Part shown: in pieces, positions 60,700 through 64,000 of the stretch
Position numbering within the stretch: position 1 is the first letter of the stretch
How the letters are laid out: the number at the start of each line of letters is the position of its first letter
Assembly (NCBI RefSeq): GCF_044704955.1
Contig: NC_091981.1
Span: 4,402,001-4,466,000, forward strand
From: Pristiophorus japonicus
Lineage: Eukaryota
Direction: 5' to 3'
DNA: 64,000 nucleotides
Position numbers and translations under genes: made by a program
Notes under the pieces: generated by a model
Database searches by the model: none
What the model saw: the letters and a program-made list of their open reading frames with translations, nothing else
Told to the model about the DNA's origin: nothing

Positions 60700-63110
60700 A
60701 TGGCCTCCCCCCTTCCCTATCTCTGTAATCTCCTCCAGCCCCACAACCCCCCGAGATGTCTGCACTCCTCTAATTCTGCCCTCCTGAGCATCCCTGATTA
60801 TAATCGCTCCACCATCGGTGGCCGTGCCTTCTGTTGCCTGGGCCCCAAGCTCTGGAACTCCCTCCCTAAACCTCTCCGCCTCTCTACCTCTCTTTCCTCC
60901 TTTAAGACGCTCCTTAAAACCGACCTCTTTGACCAAGCTTTTGGTCACCTGCGCTAATTTCTCCTTATCCGGCTCGGTGTCAAATTTATTTGTTATGGCT
61001 TATAACACTCCTGTGAAGCACCTTGGGACATTTTACTACATTAAAGGCGCTTTATAAATACAAGTTGTTATCCATGTATTGCTTGCAATGTTAATAACAG
61101 TATGTCAGCATCTGTTACAGACGCACAAACAATCTTTAGGCTAAATGCTTCTCAACTGCAACCTGTAATAGATGACGGGTCGGCCATTTAGGACTGAGAT
61201 GAGAAATGTTTTCATTCAGAGGGTGGTGAATCTTTGGAATTCTCTGCCCCAGAGGGCTGTGGAGGCTGAGCCATTGAGTATATTCAAGGCTGAGATCGAT
61301 AGATTTTGAATATTAAAGAATCAAGAGATATGGGGATCGGGCGGGAAAGTGGAGTTGAGGTCGAAGATCAGCCACGATCTCATGGAATGGCGGAGCAGGC
61401 TCGAGGGGCCGAATGGCCGACCGCTGCTCCACATTCCGACCAGCAAAGCTCGCTGACCGAAGAGTTAAACTCTGAGTGACCGGGGATTCTGTTTACTTGC
61501 AGCAAGTGGACTTTTGGGTCTTCGATTAATCAGTGCTCCGCTTCAGCAGCAAATTGACGCATTGTGCGTCACATGGTATAACACCCCCAACCGTATAATA
61601 TATATAAAATGCTAGCCAATCGTCTGCGACATTGCGCATAATCGGGGCTTGAATCCATGACCTTTTGACTCCGAGGCGAGAGTGCTACAAGTGAGCCAAA
61701 TGTACAAAATCCGTTTGAAGTCAGAACACGGAAAAGTGCATTTTGGTAGGAATAACGAGGAGAGGCAATATAAACTAAAGGCTACAATCCTAAAGGGGTG
61801 CAGGAACAGAGAGACCTGGGGATATATGGGCACAGATCATTGAAGGTGGCAGGGCAGGTTGAGAAAGCGGCTGAAAACCATACGGGATCCTGGGCTTCAT
61901 AAATAGAGACACAGAGTACAAAAGTGGAAGTTATGAGGAACCTGTATAAAACGCCGGTTCGGCCCCAGCTGGAGTATTGTGTCCAATTCTGGGCACCACA
62001 CTTTAGGAAGGATGTGAAGGCCTTGGAGAGGGAGCAGAAAAGATTTGCGAGAATGGTCCCAGGGATGAGGGACTTCAGTGACGTGGATAGACTGGAGAAG
62101 CTGGGGTTGTTCTCCTTGGAGCAGAGAAGGTTGAGAGGAGATTTGATCGAGGTGTTCAAAATCATGAGGGTTCTGGACAGAGTAGATAGAGAGAAACTGT
62201 TCCCATTGGTGGAAGGGTGGAGAACCAGAGGACACAGATTTAAGGCGATTGGCAGAAGAACCAAAGGCGACATGAGGGAAAACGTTTTTACGCAGCGACT
62301 GGTTAGGATCTGGAATGCGCTACCTGAGAGGGTGGTGGAGGCAAACTCAATCGTGGCTTTCAAAAGGGTGTTGGATAGGCAGCTGAAGGGAAAAGATTTG
62401 CAGGGCTCCGGGGAAAGGGCGGGGGAGGGGGACTGGCTGAGGGGCTCTTGCAGAGAGCCGGCACGGGCTCGATGGGCTGAATGGCCTCCTTCTGTGCTGT
62501 AACCGTTCTATGATTCTAAGTCAGTTACATTGGATTTTTCATCACATGATCTGTTTCAAAATCCTGATCAAGTCAGTTTCTTAACCCCCAGTGCACTTCA
62601 TGGTTTCCTGATTCCATTTTATGTTTGTTCGGCTGAAACATTACTAAACGCTGGGAGTAATGTGATGCCTAATTAGAATCATAAAAATCATAGAAATTTT
62701 TAAGCACGGAAGGAGGCCATTTCGGCCCATCATGTCCGTGCCGGCCGACAAAGAGCTATCCAGCCTAATCCCACTTTCCAGCTCTTGGTCCGTAGCCCTG
62801 TAGGTTACGGCACTTCAAGTGCACATCCAAGTACTTTTTAAATGTGAAAGGGTTTCTGCCTCTACCACCCTTTCAGGCAGTGAGTTCCAGACCCCCACCA
62901 CCCTCTGGGTGAAAAACCTTCTCTTCAAATCCCCTCTAAACCTTCTACCAATTACATCTACCTCATTGCTTGCTGTACTTCGTACTCCCGTGGCTTTCAA
63001 AAGGGAGTTGGATAAGTATCTGAAGGGAAAAAGATTTGCAAGGCTACGGCGAAAGGGTGGGGAAGTGGGACTGGCTGAGGTGCTCTTGCAGAGAGCCAGC
63101 ACGGGCTCGT
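60700..63110. mobile_element. L2 3' end (+60700-61070) and CR1 copies (+61175-61430, +61730-62520, -62680-62955, +62990-63110)
   Basis: Diagnostic peptides and tails. Confidence 0.82.
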
Positions 63111-63166
63111 ATCAATGTTGGAAAAGGTTCACCACCAAACGTTGTGGGTTTGCTCTTGCCCAACAG

Positions 63167-63316
63167 ATGCTGGATGACAAGACCTTCCTAACGATGCTCA
63201 ACAGCGTGCTCAACACTGATGGATTTTACTTCTCCACGACCTACGACCTTACTCACACTTTGCAACGATTGGCCAACACCAGTCCCGAGTTCCAAGAGAT
63301 GACGCTACTGGAAAGG
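63167..63316 (+). CDS. SACM1L: SACM1L exon 5 (gene continues beyond the window)
   Basis: caacAG|; [50 protein letters not shown], carrying the SAC-domain FYFS..YDLT motif; donor AGG|GTAAGG; 150 nt. Confidence 0.96.
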
Positions 63317-63589
63317 GTAAGGTTGCCGCTGGCTCTCGTATTCCCGTAGTGTCCAAGGTGTGCGGTCTGCTCGAGAGTCACAGACTACAGAGTACTGTGC
63401 ACTGTTTCCTTATCCGACAGAAGATACGAAAAAAATGGCCCACGGTGCTCGAGTGTTGACTCTGTTGGTGCTGCAGAGCTGCCATTGGGCCGCTGATTTT
63501 GTCTGGACTGGTGCTCGTCCAGTGCTGGTTGGTAGCACCATCCTGTTGCGTTGGTTTTAAGCAAGGTGCTTTTTACATGGACTGTTTAG

Positions 63590-64000
63590 CCATCATCATG
63601 GGCAGTCCCTCGGAATGGAGGAAGACTTGCTTCCATTCTTAAAATGAGTCCATCGGTGACTGAACAGTCCAATACAAGAGCCACAGTCTCTGTCACAGGT
63701 TTGACAGAGAGTCGTTGAGGGAAAGGGAGGGTGGGACTGGTTTGCCACACGCTCCTTCCGCTGTCTGCGCTTGCTTTCTGCATGCTCTCGGCGACGAGAC
63801 TCAAGGTGCTCAGCACCCTCCCGGATGCACTTCCTCCACTTAGAGCAGTCTTTGGCCAGGGACTCCCAGGTGTCGGTGGGGATGTTGCACTTTATCAGGG
63901 AGGCTTTGAGGGTGTCCTTGTAACCTTTCCTCTGCCCACCTTTGGCTCACTTGCCGTGAAGGAGTTCCGAGTAGAGCGCTTGCTTTGGGAGTCTTGTGTC
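63590..64000 (-). mobile_element. RTE 3' end, runs off the window
   Basis: (GAT)n tail on minus and RTE C-terminal sequence. Confidence 0.8.

Noticed and set aside
61630-61700. tRNA gene (also the heads at 14780, 34000 and 58935)
   Set aside because: These are tRNA-derived SINE heads without a complete cloverleaf
62819-63166. CR1-derived coding extension of SACM1L exon 5
   Set aside because: The ORF merely reads through intron; the canonical acceptor at 63166 gives a 150-nt exon in frame with exon 4

Overview
Repeat-dense vertebrate genomic DNA, most likely from a cartilaginous fish (shark). This is inferred from the CR1/L2/RTE/DeuSINE repeat landscape, not proven. Two protein-coding genes lie on the + strand in the same order as human 3p21. 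First are the last two coding exons and 3' UTR of LIMD1 (third LIM domain, stop at 2117). After about 19 kb of TE-filled intergenic DNA come a GC-box promoter and exons 1-5 of SACM1L (SAC1 phosphoinositide phosphatase; exons of 32/98/75/128/150 nt with canonical GT-AG sites). Almost everything else is transposon-derived: many 5'-truncated CR1, L2, RTE and Tx1-like LINEs, DeuSINE-like SINEs with expanded minisatellites, MITEs, solo LTRs and a decayed Gypsy element. The most unusual object is a ~340-bp polyadenylated insert inside the Gypsy pol gene (12500-12840). It is a mosaic of U2 and U1 snRNA pieces and may be an snRNA-derived (SINEU-like) retroelement. Also notable is a 6x35-bp minisatellite in the inferred LIMD1 3' UTR in which every unit carries a miR-194 8mer site. 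Homologies were recognised by eye, and repeat boundaries are approximate.
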